This document shows, one piece after another, positions 1-10,180 of a DNA stretch of 28,152 nucleotides; position 1 is the stretch's first letter, and every line of letters begins with the position of its first letter. The notes under the pieces were generated by a model. That model was not told the origin of the DNA, did no database searches, and saw only the letters and a list, made by a program, of their open reading frames with translations. The stretch covers positions 124,001-152,152 of the forward strand of contig CAXGAI010000002.1 in the NCBI GenBank assembly GCA_964007735.1. Direction: 5' to 3'. The stretch comes from an uncultured Rhodopirellula sp. (GTDB taxonomy: Bacteria > Planctomycetota > Planctomycetia > Pirellulales > Pirellulaceae). Position numbers and translations under genes: made by a program.

Positions 1-202
1 CAATTAACCAACTTTGTGAGTGAAATGACAATTATTCCGCTTATTGCGATAACCTTTGCGGATTAGTTCAACCAAGACACACAAATTAGGTAAATCTGGA
101 TAAGCAGGGTAAACTTTGCGGGCTAATTTACTTAATTCATTAATCACCACTTATGCATCGCAATCCATATTTTAAGGTAGTCCATCGGTTACCCCCCCTA
201 CC

Positions 203-230
203 TTTGCCGGATGATTGATAGTGATATACT
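203..230 (+). promoter_or_regulatory. Putative ftsY promoter (extended -10 TGaTATACT, with TTTGCC upstream)
   Basis: TG at 222-223 and TATACT at 225-230, with TTGCCG at 204-209; 64 nt upstream of the ftsY ATG. Motif match only. Confidence 0.4.
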
Positions 231-294
231 GACAATCAGCAGCCTATTTTGAAAACGTTTACTCATCAGTAACTTTAGACCGAGAAAAACTCCG

Positions 295-1353
295 ATGGCA
301 TTCTTCAAGAAATCGAAGAAAGAAGAGCAGCAGCCAAAAGACAGTGGATCAAACGCTCATCCCAACGGGGATGAAGCTTCGATTGAGGCTGTCGCAGCCA
401 ACACGCCTGTTGATAATTCCGCAGCTGGTTCTCTATGGAGTCGAGTTCGGAAGGGGCTCAAAAAAACCCGCGACGTTTTACACACCGACATACGGGATAT
501 TTTCAAATCCGAAGGGCAGCTTGTCGACGAGGAATTCCTCAACCGACTCTTTGCCATACTTGTGAAAACTGACATGGGAGCGAAACCGTCCGCTGAAATC
601 CGCGACAATATCGAGCAAAAGTTTTCCGGGCGAGTCATTCAATTTGAGCAGGCTCTCGAAGAAATTCGCAGTCACCTAAAAACGATCCTCGCTCAACCTA
701 TCCAACCAGTTCGCTATGCCGAGTCCGGTCCGACAGTCATACTTGTTGTTGGCGTAAACGGGTCCGGGAAAACTACTTCGATTGCCAAGCTCACTAATTA
801 CTTTCAAAATCAGGGGAAAAAAGTCGTTCTTGGGGCGGCGGATACTTTCCGTGCTGCTGCCGTTGAACAACTCATTATTTGGTCTGAACGACTTGGTGCA
901 GAAATCGTTACCGGGGAAGCTAACACAGACCCAGCCAGCGTCGCGCACCGCACCGTCGCAACAGCGATCGAACAGAATGCTGATGTCTGTATCGTCGACA
1001 CGGCAGGTCGTTTACAGACTCAAACCAACCTCATGAAACAGCTGGAGAAGATATTCCGGGTGATGAGTAAGCAGATACCAGATGCTCCTCATGAAGTCTT
1101 CCTCGTCCTCGATGCAACGGCCGGACAAAACGGAGTTAGCCAGGCTAAAGGGTTCTCCGAAGCTGCCAACTGCACCGGGATCATCCTCAGTAAACTTGAC
1201 GGAACAGCTAAAGGGGGCGTGATCCTACCAATTCGGCAGGAATTCGAAATCCCTGTTCTTTTTGTCGGTCAGGGTGAACAGGCCGAAGACCTGGCCCAAT
1301 TCGACGCAGATGCCTTCGTCAGTGGATTAATCGAACAGGAGGTTATCAGCTAA
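295..1353 (+). CDS. ftsY: Signal recognition particle receptor FtsY
   Basis: SRP-GTPase motifs GVNGSGKTT, DTFRAAA, DTAGR, SKLDGTAKGG; short N-terminal extension before the NG domain. Confidence 0.97.
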   Translation: MAFFKKSKKEEQQPKDSGSNAHPNGDEASIEAVAANTPVDNSAAGSLWSRVRKGLKKTRDVLHTDIRDIFKSEGQLVDEEFLNRLFAILVKTDMGAKPSAEIRDNIEQKFSGRVIQFEQALEEIRSHLKTILAQPIQPVRYAESGPTVILVVGVNGSGKTTSIAKLTNYFQNQGKKVVLGAADTFRAAAVEQLIIWSERLGAEIVTGEANTDPASVAHRTVATAIEQNADVCIVDTAGRLQTQTNLMKQLEKIFRVMSKQIPDAPHEVFLVLDATAGQNGVSQAKGFSEAANCTGIILSKLDGTAKGGVILPIRQEFEIPVLFVGQGEQAEDLAQFDADAFVSGLIEQEVIS

Positions 1354-1796
1354 TTACCGCTGCTATCCCCACCAAAGATACGATCCAACACACCGTTTAC
1401 AAATCGTGGTGAATCCTCGGTACCAAAACGTTTCGCCAGTTCCACCGCTTCGTGAATAACAACCTGTCCCGGCGTATCTGTCTGGGTCAATTCGTAAACT
1501 CCCAGACGTAGAATATTTCTATCGGTCGGTGCCATTCGGGATAACGACCAATTTTCAGAGCTCTCTTCCAGAATAGAGTCCACAAGAGATTTAGACTGAC
1601 GCAGTTCACCAATCATCTCTTTCGTAAATCCTGCTAATCCGGCAGATGCCCCCTGCAGGCGTTCGGCTACAAACTGATCTGCCAACCCGGGATCACCATC
1701 CGGGTTCAAGTCATCTTCAAAAAGAACCTGAACAACAATTTCCCGAGCTAGGCTACGACCGCTCAATGGCTCGTTATCTTCATCATGCTCAAACAT
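1350..1796 (-). CDS. nusB: Transcription antitermination factor NusB
   Basis: RSLARE..VQVLF N-terminus, NWSLSRM..DRNILRLG, EAVELAKRFG, FVNGVLD; directly downstream of ribH (classic ribH-nusB pair). Confidence 0.96.
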   Translation of the reverse strand: MFEHDEDNEPLSGRSLAREIVVQVLFEDDLNPDGDPGLADQFVAERLQGASAGLAGFTKEMIGELRQSKSLVDSILEESSENWSLSRMAPTDRNILRLGVYELTQTDTPGQVVIHEAVELAKRFGTEDSPRFVNGVLDRIFGGDSSGN

Positions 1797-1840
1797 GCCT
1801 CTATTCCTTTTTCGCCAGAGCGCGAGATTAATGCGTGTGA

Positions 1841-2323
1841 TTACCCGTTATTTGCCTCGGCAACCTGCCGCATGACACTTAAGGTTTCCAACATGGCTTT
1901 AGCTGCTTCTTCGCCCTTATTGCCCACCGTACCACCAGCACGGTTCATCGCCTGTTCCATCGATTGACAGGTTAGCAACCCAAAGCCTATCGGAAGTTCA
2001 TACTCCAAGCTCAGATTGCCCAAGCTGTTGCTAACTTGTGTATTAATATATAAGTCATGGGTCGTCTCCCCCTTGATAACAGCTCCCAAGCAAATCACAC
2101 CTGCATATTGCCGCGAAGCTAAAAACTGTTTCGCAACAATTGGCAATTCCCAGGCACCTGGCACCCAGGCTACGTTTATAGCATCTTCCCTGATCCCGGC
2201 ATCTACTAATGTCGCAATGGCACCGTCGTGTAATCGGCGGGTAATATTCTCATTATAGCGCGAAACAATAATGGCATATTTACCATCGACATTGTCTGTT
2301 TTACTCTCAAAAGTCTGTGGCAT
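1841..2323 (-). CDS. ribH: 6,7-dimethyl-8-ribityllumazine synthase
   Basis: IIVSRYN, VPGAWELP, ICLGAVIKGETTH, GNKGEEAA motifs; AGGAG SD at 2331-2335 (minus strand). Confidence 0.97.
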   Translation of the reverse strand: MPQTFESKTDNVDGKYAIIVSRYNENITRRLHDGAIATLVDAGIREDAINVAWVPGAWELPIVAKQFLASRQYAGVICLGAVIKGETTHDLYINTQVSNSLGNLSLEYELPIGFGLLTCQSMEQAMNRAGGTVGNKGEEAAKAMLETLSVMRQVAEANNG

Positions 2324-2364
2324 TGCACCACTCCTACAATTAGCTGAATCTCTGGTTGTTATCG

Positions 2365-3927
2365 CTATGCCTGAGATTCTTCAGGGTTAATACTCATCAG
2401 GAATTCTGCGTTGGAATTCGAGGCGGCGACTTTTCTTATCAACAATTCCATCGCCTCTGCGGAATCCAGATCAGCGAGAACGCGTCTGGTAAGCGAAATT
2501 CGACGATGTTCTTCAGGATCAAGCAATATTTCTTCGCGTCTTGTTCCACTCGCATTAATATCAATCGTTGGAAAAATCCGTTTCTCCATAATCTTTCGAC
2601 TAAGCACAATTTCCAAATTCCCTGTCCCTTTGAACTCCTCAAAAATTACGTCATCCATCCGACTACCGGTATCAACTAATGCCGTTGCGAGAATCGTTAA
2701 TGAACCTCCTTCTTCAACACTCCGAGCAGAGCCAAAAAATCGCTTGGGGTACTGAAGTGCATTAGCATCAATGCCACCGGTAAGCACTTTACCCGAGGCA
2801 GGACACTCCGAATTCCAGGCTCTTGCCAGACGCGTAATTGAATCGAGAAAGATAATTACATCTCGACCACATTCGACCATCCGCTTAGCCTTTTCAATGA
2901 CCATTTCAGAAACCTGAACGTGTCGGGATGCGGGTTCATCAAATGTCGAACTAATGACTTCACAATTCTCACCACGGACTTCACGTTCCATATCAGTCAC
3001 TTCTTCTGGACGCTCGTCAATCAACAACATAATGACATAAGCCTGAGGGAAATTCTTTAATACCGCACGGGCCATTTGTTGCAGCAAAACTGTCTTACCT
3101 GTACGCGGTGGACTGACGATCAACCCTCGCTGCCCAAAACCAATCGGTGTCACCATATCAACCACTCTGGTCGAATGTTCCCGAGGATCGTGCTCAAGCA
3201 TCATTCGCTTCGACGGATGAAGAGGAGTTAAGTCATCGAAGTGTACACGATTTACATTATCGGACGGATCTTGATTATTAACCGATTCAACCCGCAACAA
3301 AGCGAAGTAACGTTCGTTCTCTTTTGGAGGTCGGATCTGCCCCGCAACCGTCACCCCTGTTTGCAAATTAAAACGTCGGATCTGACTCGGTGACACATAG
3401 ATATCATCGGGACAAGATAAATAGTGATAGTCGGGACTTCGCAAAAACCCAAATCCATCGGGAAGGATTTCGAGCGTACCGACTCCAAACATTAAGCCAC
3501 TGGTTTTGACCAGTCGCTTGAGAATCAAAAAGATCAATTCCTGACGCTTTAGCCCTGTAGCATCCTCAATACCTACTTTTTCTGCTTCCACAAGCAACTC
3601 AGGCATACTCATTCTCTGAAGTTGTCCTAAATCTGCTTGTTCCTCAGTTGAGTGAACAATCTGCTCACTTAGCTTTTCACCCCGCTGTAGTTCCCGAGTG
3701 ACCTTCTCGGCTATAGATAAAGGGTCATGCGTACTCTGGCGGTTAATATATTCGCCATCGTTATCTTTAAAGTCACGCTCTGCCGAAGATTCATTGCGAG
3801 CGGATTTCTTTTCGAGAATCAAAGCACGGTTCAACGGACCTCGGCGGTCGACACGGTTTCCGGACGACGAGGAGTTCTGATCCTGCGATCGGCGATCGGT
3901 ATCAGGTTGCTGATCACTCATCTTCAC
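2365..3927 (-). CDS. rho: Transcription termination factor Rho with a polar N-terminal extension (start is GTG 3927 or ATG 3921)
   Basis: [76 protein letters not shown] overlap with the coaE stop. Confidence 0.98.
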   Translation of the reverse strand: MKMSDQQPDTDRRSQDQNSSSSGNRVDRRGPLNRALILEKKSARNESSAERDFKDNDGEYINRQSTHDPLSIAEKVTRELQRGEKLSEQIVHSTEEQADLGQLQRMSMPELLVEAEKVGIEDATGLKRQELIFLILKRLVKTSGLMFGVGTLEILPDGFGFLRSPDYHYLSCPDDIYVSPSQIRRFNLQTGVTVAGQIRPPKENERYFALLRVESVNNQDPSDNVNRVHFDDLTPLHPSKRMMLEHDPREHSTRVVDMVTPIGFGQRGLIVSPPRTGKTVLLQQMARAVLKNFPQAYVIMLLIDERPEEVTDMEREVRGENCEVISSTFDEPASRHVQVSEMVIEKAKRMVECGRDVIIFLDSITRLARAWNSECPASGKVLTGGIDANALQYPKRFFGSARSVEEGGSLTILATALVDTGSRMDDVIFEEFKGTGNLEIVLSRKIMEKRIFPTIDINASGTRREEILLDPEEHRRISLTRRVLADLDSAEAMELLIRKVAASNSNAEFLMSINPEESQA

Positions 3928-4553
3928 ACCTGCTCTCTAGCTAATGAACCTGACGTGGACAAGGCCTGCCAAACTTTTCCAATCATTTCGGTCGTACGCT
4001 TCACATCACCATTATTGTCAATGACAAAATCTGCTCGGCTTCGCTTTTGCTCAAGACTCCACTGGGCAGCCTCGCGAGAACGAAACTGATCTTCGGCCCA
4101 CCCTCGTTGTTGGCAACGGTTCAACCTTACGTGAGCTAACGCATCGACAAAAATGATCTGATGACAAACCGATTGCCAACCCGTTTCGAGCAACAACGCA
4201 GCATCTATAATGACAACCTCAGAGTCAGAGTTAGCAATAAACGCTTCTAATTCCTGCTCAATCAAAGGATGGGTTACCGCCTGCAGAAATTCTCTATCTC
4301 TTTGCGCCTGAGTTGTCTGAGCAAACACCAAAGCCGCCACTTTAGAACGGTCAATTTCGGATGCCTCATCTAAGATAGCATTGCCCCATCGTTCTACTAA
4401 ACATGCCTTCACATCGTCATGTAGTAACACACGATGACCAACGTGATCAGCATTAAACACCGCAGCACCAAACAACTGGAATTGCTGGGCTATGTAAGTC
4501 TTGCCGCTGCCAATTCCGCCGCAAATGCCGCAAATAACTGTCTGCTTTATCAT
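3924..4553 (-). CDS. coaE: Dephospho-CoA kinase
   Basis: [12 protein letters not shown]-loop, [29 protein letters not shown]; polA-coaE linkage is common. Confidence 0.95.
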   Translation of the reverse strand: MIKQTVICGICGGIGSGKTYIAQQFQLFGAAVFNADHVGHRVLLHDDVKACLVERWGNAILDEASEIDRSKVAALVFAQTTQAQRDREFLQAVTHPLIEQELEAFIANSDSEVVIIDAALLLETGWQSVCHQIIFVDALAHVRLNRCQQRGWAEDQFRSREAAQWSLEQKRSRADFVIDNNGDVKRTTEMIGKVWQALSTSGSLAREQV

Positions 4554-4873
4554 AGAGGATTGAAATCAAGCACTTTAGCATTCGCCTAGTAACCCACAAG
4601 CGTGTAAAGACCTCCGCCGCCAAAGCTACGGTGGACAATAGAAACTAGACCAATGAAAAGCCGCTCCAGTATCAAACAGGAAAGGAAAAGTAGTAGGGAG
4701 GAATAATCATCAATCGCGATAAACGGGGGTGTTTAGGCTTTTGATGTAATAAGAAAAGATAATAAGGTGAGCCCCCAAAAAGCGGAGTATGAATCCCCTA
4801 TTTGGAGGTATAGGTGCATTATAGGCACAGATTTGGGATGTATCCAATTACCGAAATTTGGGTATTTCGATTT

Positions 4874-7741
4874 TTATTTACATTCTGCCCAGGTTGCTCC
4901 AGTGCTGATATCAACTTTGAGAGGAACGGAAAGATCAGCCGCTCCGGCCATTTCTTCGCGTACCATTTTTTCAAGTCTTTCAAGCTCGGCATCAGGTGCT
5001 TCAAAGACTAATTCGTCATGGATTTGCAACAATAACCGGGCTTCAAAATCCCCTTCTTCCAGTCGAGCGAGTACTTCGATCATCGCGATTTTGATAATAT
5101 CTGCTGCTGATCCCTGAATCACCGTGTTAATAGCAATCCGCTCTGACAAGTTTCGTTGACGCTTGTCTTTCAAAGTATCCGGGTTACGCACATCACTGAC
5201 AGGCCGCCTGCGTCCAAGAATCGTACCAACCGACCGCTCCTGATGAGCCAACGCCAGAGTATCGAGCATGAATTTTTCGATACCTGGATACTGCGCGAAA
5301 TAAGTATCAATAAAGTCAGCGGCTTCAGCTTTGGAGATCCCTAAACTCTTGGCTAACCCAAATGCCGACTGTCCATAAATAACACCAAAATTTACCGCCT
5401 TGGCATTACTACGCATTTCTCTGGTCACCTCGTCCAACTCAACGCCATACACTTCAGCCGCCACTTTGGCATGAATGTCTCGATCGTCAATAAATGCCTG
5501 CTGTAATGTGTCATCACCACTAAAGTGGGCAAGTACTCTAAGTTCCACTTGAGAATAGTCGGCTGCCAGTAACTTCCAGCCTTCCTGCTGAGGAATAAAG
5601 GCTTCTCGGATCTGGCGACCTTCTTCACTGCGAATCGGGATATTCTGCAGATTAGGATCCGCGCTACTTAACCGCCCAGTTGCCGCCACGTCCTGATTAA
5701 AAGCCGAGTGGACTCGTGATGTTTCTTCATTAACCAACTCCGGCAAAGCATCCACATAGGTGCTCTTGAGTTTGGCGATCTGGCGGTACTCAAGTACTAA
5801 CCGAGGAAGTTCACCAACATCCATTGCGGCCAATTGATTCAATACCTCAGCATCCGTACTTGCACCAGTTTTTGTCTTCTTAATGATGGGTAAAGCCAGA
5901 TCTTCAAACAGCACTTTACTAAGTTGCTTGGGAGAGTCGATATTGAACTCACTGCCGGCTTCCTGATGAATAGATTCTCGCAACGATGCGAGCCGCACCG
6001 TAAACCGTTCACTCATCGCACCTAGCAATTCTGTATCAACGTGAATCCCATTGCATTCCATCTCGACCAAAACTTCAATGAGCGGCAATTCCACATCATG
6101 CAATAAACTCGTCAAACCTTTGTCGTCGATCATCGTTTCTAATATGCCGACTAAGCGAAGCACCACATCCGCATCTTCTGCGGCGTAGTTCGTAACTTGT
6201 CCGAGAGGTGCCTGATCAATCGTGATTTGTTTCTTACCTTTGCCGCACAATTCTTCGAAAGAGACTGGCTTATGATTCAGATATCTGAGAGACAACGTAT
6301 CCAACTTGTGATTTCTTACTCCAGGCTCCAGCAAATAATGAGCGACTAGCGTATCAAAATAAAGTCCCTGCATACGGATACCATGCTGCCGCAGGACAAC
6401 CATGTCAAACTTCAAATTCTGACCGATCTTTTTAATATGCGAATCCTCAAGTACAACTCGCATCGCTTCACGAACTTCATCTGCATCAAGTTGAACGTCT
6501 TCTTCACGACTCTTCACCGGAACGTAATAAGCAATTCCTTCTTCCCATGCAAAGGAATAACCCACTAATTCAGTGGCGCTCGCACGTACACTAGTGGTCT
6601 CAGTATCAATACTTAAAAGATCATCCTTAGTGATTCTGCTCAGAATTTCCTTCAACTGTCCGACAGATTCCACCAATTGATATTCGCATTCCCAAACGAC
6701 GGGTGCCGTTTCTACATCTGCATTGAGTAGGCGATCTTTCAACCGGCGAAAACCAAACTCATCACAAAGCTTCTCGACTTCGGCCTGATCTATACCGCCA
6801 AGTTGTGCCGACTTCCAATCAATTTCCATCTCTATATGGCGATCCAATTCCACCAGACGGCGACTCATCATCGCATCTTCCCGACCATGCATAAGTTTTT
6901 CACGCCGGTTCTTTGCCTTGACCGTATGAGCGTTTTCCAGCACTCCTTCCAAATCTCCGAATTCAGCCAGCAGCGCTGTTGCTGTCTTCGGCCCAATCTG
7001 CTGTACTCCCGGAACATTATCAACGCTGTCGCCAACGAGGGCCTGGAAATCGACAACCTGATCCGGACGAATCCCCCAAGTTTGCATCAGATCCTCTGCG
7101 TCAAAAAGAACATCTTTGCGAATGTTATACATCTTCACGTTGTCGCTGATGAGCTGGCGACAGTCTTTGTCACTGGTTACCAAAAAGGCCTTACCACCGG
7201 CCTGATCGATTAGCTGAGCAACCGTCGCCATTACATCGTCAGCCTCAAAATTCGGGACTTCTAACCGAGCAATCCCCATCGCATCCAGCATTCGCTTTAT
7301 ATTGGGAATCTGATTTCGCAAATCGTCCGGCATCGGGTCCCGATTCGCTTTGTACTCAGGATAGAACTCATGGCGAAACACCTTACCCGGAGGATCAAAA
7401 ACCGCAATCACATGTGTCGGAGATTTACTTTCGATTAACTCAACGATATCCCGGACATAGCCATGAATCGCTCCTATCGGCTGCCCGCTTGGCCCACTCA
7501 TTGGTGGCAACGCAAAAAAGAGTTGGTATATCAAGGCATAAGAATCGATGACATAAACAACCGATTCATCCAGGGGAATCGTTTGAAACTCTCTGCCCTG
7601 TCCCTGGTTCACTGCAGCTATTTCGGCAACCGATTCTACAGTTTCAGCCTGAGTAGGCTGATTTGCACTTGGAGTCGATGAAGTGTCCGCTTCATCCTCT
7701 GCACTACTAAACAATTCCTGTTGTCGCTCTTCAGATCCCAT
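4874..7741 (-). CDS. polA: DNA polymerase I (5'-3' exonuclease, 3'-5' exonuclease and polymerase domains)
   Basis: FRHEFYPEYKANR, EADD, GDSVDNVPGV (5' nuclease); DTETT ExoI with both acidic residues, GQNLKFD, YAAEDA; TGRLSS.DPNLQNIP, DYSQVELR, KAVNFGVIYG, QIHDEL. About 55-60 aa of N-terminal low-complexity sequence, so the exact start is uncertain. Confidence 0.98.
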   Translation of the reverse strand: MGSEERQQELFSSAEDEADTSSTPSANQPTQAETVESVAEIAAVNQGQGREFQTIPLDESVVYVIDSYALIYQLFFALPPMSGPSGQPIGAIHGYVRDIVELIESKSPTHVIAVFDPPGKVFRHEFYPEYKANRDPMPDDLRNQIPNIKRMLDAMGIARLEVPNFEADDVMATVAQLIDQAGGKAFLVTSDKDCRQLISDNVKMYNIRKDVLFDAEDLMQTWGIRPDQVVDFQALVGDSVDNVPGVQQIGPKTATALLAEFGDLEGVLENAHTVKAKNRREKLMHGREDAMMSRRLVELDRHIEMEIDWKSAQLGGIDQAEVEKLCDEFGFRRLKDRLLNADVETAPVVWECEYQLVESVGQLKEILSRITKDDLLSIDTETTSVRASATELVGYSFAWEEGIAYYVPVKSREEDVQLDADEVREAMRVVLEDSHIKKIGQNLKFDMVVLRQHGIRMQGLYFDTLVAHYLLEPGVRNHKLDTLSLRYLNHKPVSFEELCGKGKKQITIDQAPLGQVTNYAAEDADVVLRLVGILETMIDDKGLTSLLHDVELPLIEVLVEMECNGIHVDTELLGAMSERFTVRLASLRESIHQEAGSEFNIDSPKQLSKVLFEDLALPIIKKTKTGASTDAEVLNQLAAMDVGELPRLVLEYRQIAKLKSTYVDALPELVNEETSRVHSAFNQDVAATGRLSSADPNLQNIPIRSEEGRQIREAFIPQQEGWKLLAADYSQVELRVLAHFSGDDTLQQAFIDDRDIHAKVAAEVYGVELDEVTREMRSNAKAVNFGVIYGQSAFGLAKSLGISKAEAADFIDTYFAQYPGIEKFMLDTLALAHQERSVGTILGRRRPVSDVRNPDTLKDKRQRNLSERIAINTVIQGSAADIIKIAMIEVLARLEEGDFEARLLLQIHDELVFEAPDAELERLEKMVREEMAGAADLSVPLKVDISTGATWAECK

Positions 7742-7908
7742 AACGCCCCTGTTTTGTGCTTGCTTCTATATATAGTGAGGGATCTATTACTCTGTCCCAC
7801 TTTACGATCGCTACTCACAGTGGCGTCGTAAACTCGAAACCTGCCGAATGCTACTGATTGTAACCCATTCACATGATTTTGAGGCTCCTGCAACCTAATT
7901 CTCAATGC

Positions 7909-7935
7909 AGTATAGACTCTAATTGCAGCCTACAA
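7909..7935 (-). promoter_or_regulatory. Putative polA promoter TTGTAG-N15-TATACT
   Basis: Plus-strand AGTATA at 7909-7914 and CTACAA at 7930-7935; motif match only. Confidence 0.3.
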
Positions 7936-8206
7936 GCACCAAAGAATCTGTTTGAGATTCTGGAGAACAAAGGTCCCTTTCAGCAATAAGAATAGAGGGT
8001 GTTAAACTTTAGCGAATATACCAATTAGTTGATATTTTAGGGCTGAGTATACAGGTTGAGGTAACTTCTATTAGAAAGACGATACAAAATGAAGTAGTAT
8101 TGTTGTAACTATTGATAAACGTACGTTCTTTTTTCATACATCAGATCTGTTAACGCAAACCGGCAAAACTCAGCCATTTTGAATTAACGCGGAGCTTATT
8201 AGCACG

Positions 8207-9721
8207 ATGGCCAAACGAAAAAAACAATCAAACGGTGAAGGTACTATCATCACCGTTGCATTTATTATATCCGTCATGACATCGATCGGTGCACTTGTCT
8301 GGGTTGCCATTCTTTTTCAGGAACAGCAATCATTCCTTGATGAGCAGGCAAAGTTAAAACAGGCCGCCGAGAAAAGTGCGGTCGTGGCAGCTACTGAAAG
8401 ATACATGTCGCTGACGGTACAACCATTTATTGGTGCCGAAGATACCGATCGTGATGAATGGCTCTCCGACGAGCCAAAACGGAATGAAATTGGGGCAGAT
8501 ATCAAAGCGAAAGCGGATAATTTAGAAACCTCTTTCAAAGCTTTCCAACAATCGTACCCTGGCTTGGTACCCAACGGTGCTGAAGTTAATTATGTAACGG
8601 TTGCCAGAGCACTAACCGATCGCAACCAAACGTTACTGAATGACAAGAAACAATTACAGGGGCAGGTCGAAGCCCTCAACAAACAAATGATTGCTCTGCG
8701 CGACAGCCAGCGGACCGATACAGCTACGCAGTTCACTGATACGCAGGCCAATATCACTACCGCAGTAGAAGATCTGGCAACTTTCCGCGCTGACCGTCAG
8801 GCTGCTTCTGCAGGTATCGATGCCGCGAAGCAAAAGCATACACAAGCGTTGGCGGCGAAGGATCAGGAAATCACTAATCGTAACAATCAAATCGCAGATG
8901 CTGAAAAACGCCTCGAAGATCAGGCTGAAAATAATCTGGTCGCTCAGCTTAAAGCCCGCCCCAAGAGCGAGCGATTCGAAATTCCTGACGGCAAGATCAC
9001 TTCAGTCAATGAAGCATCGGGAACGGTTTGGATCAATATCGGAAGCACTGATGATCTGAAACCGCTAACTACCTTCAGTGTTTATCCTGAGAATCAACTG
9101 GGGGTTATGCGGGGTCCTGAAGATATTAAAGGACGTATTGAGGTTCTGAAGATCATTGACGGTGACTTTGCAGAATGTCGAATTATTGAAGACAGCATTA
9201 ACGATCCAATACTGCTTGGAGACCAGATCTACTCACCATTGTGGCAACGCGGTATCAGTGTTCATTTCGCCTTGATCGGGTTCTTTGACATCGATGGTGA
9301 TGGAAAAAGCGACCGTGATCGAGTCAAAAATATCATTCGCTCGGCGGGTGGCGTCATCGATGCAGAACTATCCATCGATAACACGCAGGAAACTGACGCT
9401 GCTAACCTGATTCGCACAGGTGGAATCACCGTAGATACCCAGTATCTTGTCCGCGGTAAGACCGATGCGATCCTAAATGTGGACCGTCAAACCTATAACC
9501 GCTTTGAAACTCGAGCGAAAGACTACAATATTGAGTCAATCACGATTAATACTCTGCTTAACTACGCAGGATACAAAAACGTGAAGTCATCAACAGGTCT
9601 CGGATCAGGATTCGACAATGAAAATCCAGAACCACTGGTGAAACCATCATTAAAGCCCGAGGACAAACGTAATCAACTACGTTTCCCACCCCGTCGTACT
9701 GAAAACGGCGGTGCCTTCTAA
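8207..9721 (+). CDS. Hypothetical membrane-anchored protein: N-terminal TM helix, coiled coil, beta-rich domain and C-terminal BRCT-like domain
   Basis: 504-aa ORF with GGAG SD; basic N-terminus followed by hydrophobic aa ~14-37; Q/A/K/L-rich helical middle; BRCT-like pattern FALIG..DRDRVKNIIRSAGG..TVDTQYLVRG; followed by a terminator. Confidence 0.8.
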   Translation: MAKRKKQSNGEGTIITVAFIISVMTSIGALVWVAILFQEQQSFLDEQAKLKQAAEKSAVVAATERYMSLTVQPFIGAEDTDRDEWLSDEPKRNEIGADIKAKADNLETSFKAFQQSYPGLVPNGAEVNYVTVARALTDRNQTLLNDKKQLQGQVEALNKQMIALRDSQRTDTATQFTDTQANITTAVEDLATFRADRQAASAGIDAAKQKHTQALAAKDQEITNRNNQIADAEKRLEDQAENNLVAQLKARPKSERFEIPDGKITSVNEASGTVWINIGSTDDLKPLTTFSVYPENQLGVMRGPEDIKGRIEVLKIIDGDFAECRIIEDSINDPILLGDQIYSPLWQRGISVHFALIGFFDIDGDGKSDRDRVKNIIRSAGGVIDAELSIDNTQETDAANLIRTGGITVDTQYLVRGKTDAILNVDRQTYNRFETRAKDYNIESITINTLLNYAGYKNVKSSTGLGSGFDNENPEPLVKPSLKPEDKRNQLRFPPRRTENGGAF

Positions 9722-9747
9722 ATCACACTAAAAACACCCACTCTGCG

Positions 9748-9784
9748 AAGCCGGCACTTTTAAAAAGGTGCTGGCTTTATTCTT
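9748..9784 (+). terminator. Intrinsic terminator
   Basis: AAGCCGGCACTTT / AAGGTGCTGGCTT stem (two G-U pairs) followed by TATTCTT, 27 nt after the stop at 9721. Confidence 0.7.
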
Positions 9785-9874
9785 GCCAGTGTCTTGATTT
9801 AAGTTGCCTTCAAATACAAACTAAATAGATAAGCAATCACCCACGCAGATCTCTGGAGTAAGCGTCACAGCATT

Positions 9875-10132
9875 ATGTCGATACCATTGAATTCACAAGA
9901 AGTTCTGGATCGAGAATACCTCGAAATTCGAGGGAAAATCCTTGAATTAGCAGCTTCTCTTGATCGGCTTGAACGCGCCGAGGGCTGTGTCAATGAAGAC
10001 AATCGAATGAGTCTGATCAGGCAAGGACTACAGATCCTATTGCAGGATGCCAACGAATCCAAAGCCTCGCAAATCCAAATGCTGTTTTCACGTGTCTTTG
10101 AAGACAATTGGCGAGAAAAATTTAATCTCTAA
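9875..10132 (+). CDS. Small helical hypothetical protein, first gene of the ebo-like cluster
   Basis: 85 aa with GGAG upstream; amphipathic helical sequence VLDREYLEIRGKILELAASLDRLERA; co-directional with the TatD gene, 48 nt upstream of it. Confidence 0.8.
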   Translation: MSIPLNSQEVLDREYLEIRGKILELAASLDRLERAEGCVNEDNRMSLIRQGLQILLQDANESKASQIQMLFSRVFEDNWREKFNL

Positions 10133-10180
10133 TCTAAACAGCTGGCTCCCTTTCAAACTATTTACAACTCGGAATCTGAC

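Noticed and set aside
174..204. AAGGTAG/CTACCTT inverted repeat upstream of ftsY as a riboswitch or SRP RNA
   Set aside because: Only a 7-bp stem, with no recognisable SRP or riboswitch consensus.
2324..2364. FMN riboswitch upstream of ribH
   Set aside because: Only 41 nt separate rho and ribH, and there are no RFN consensus motifs.
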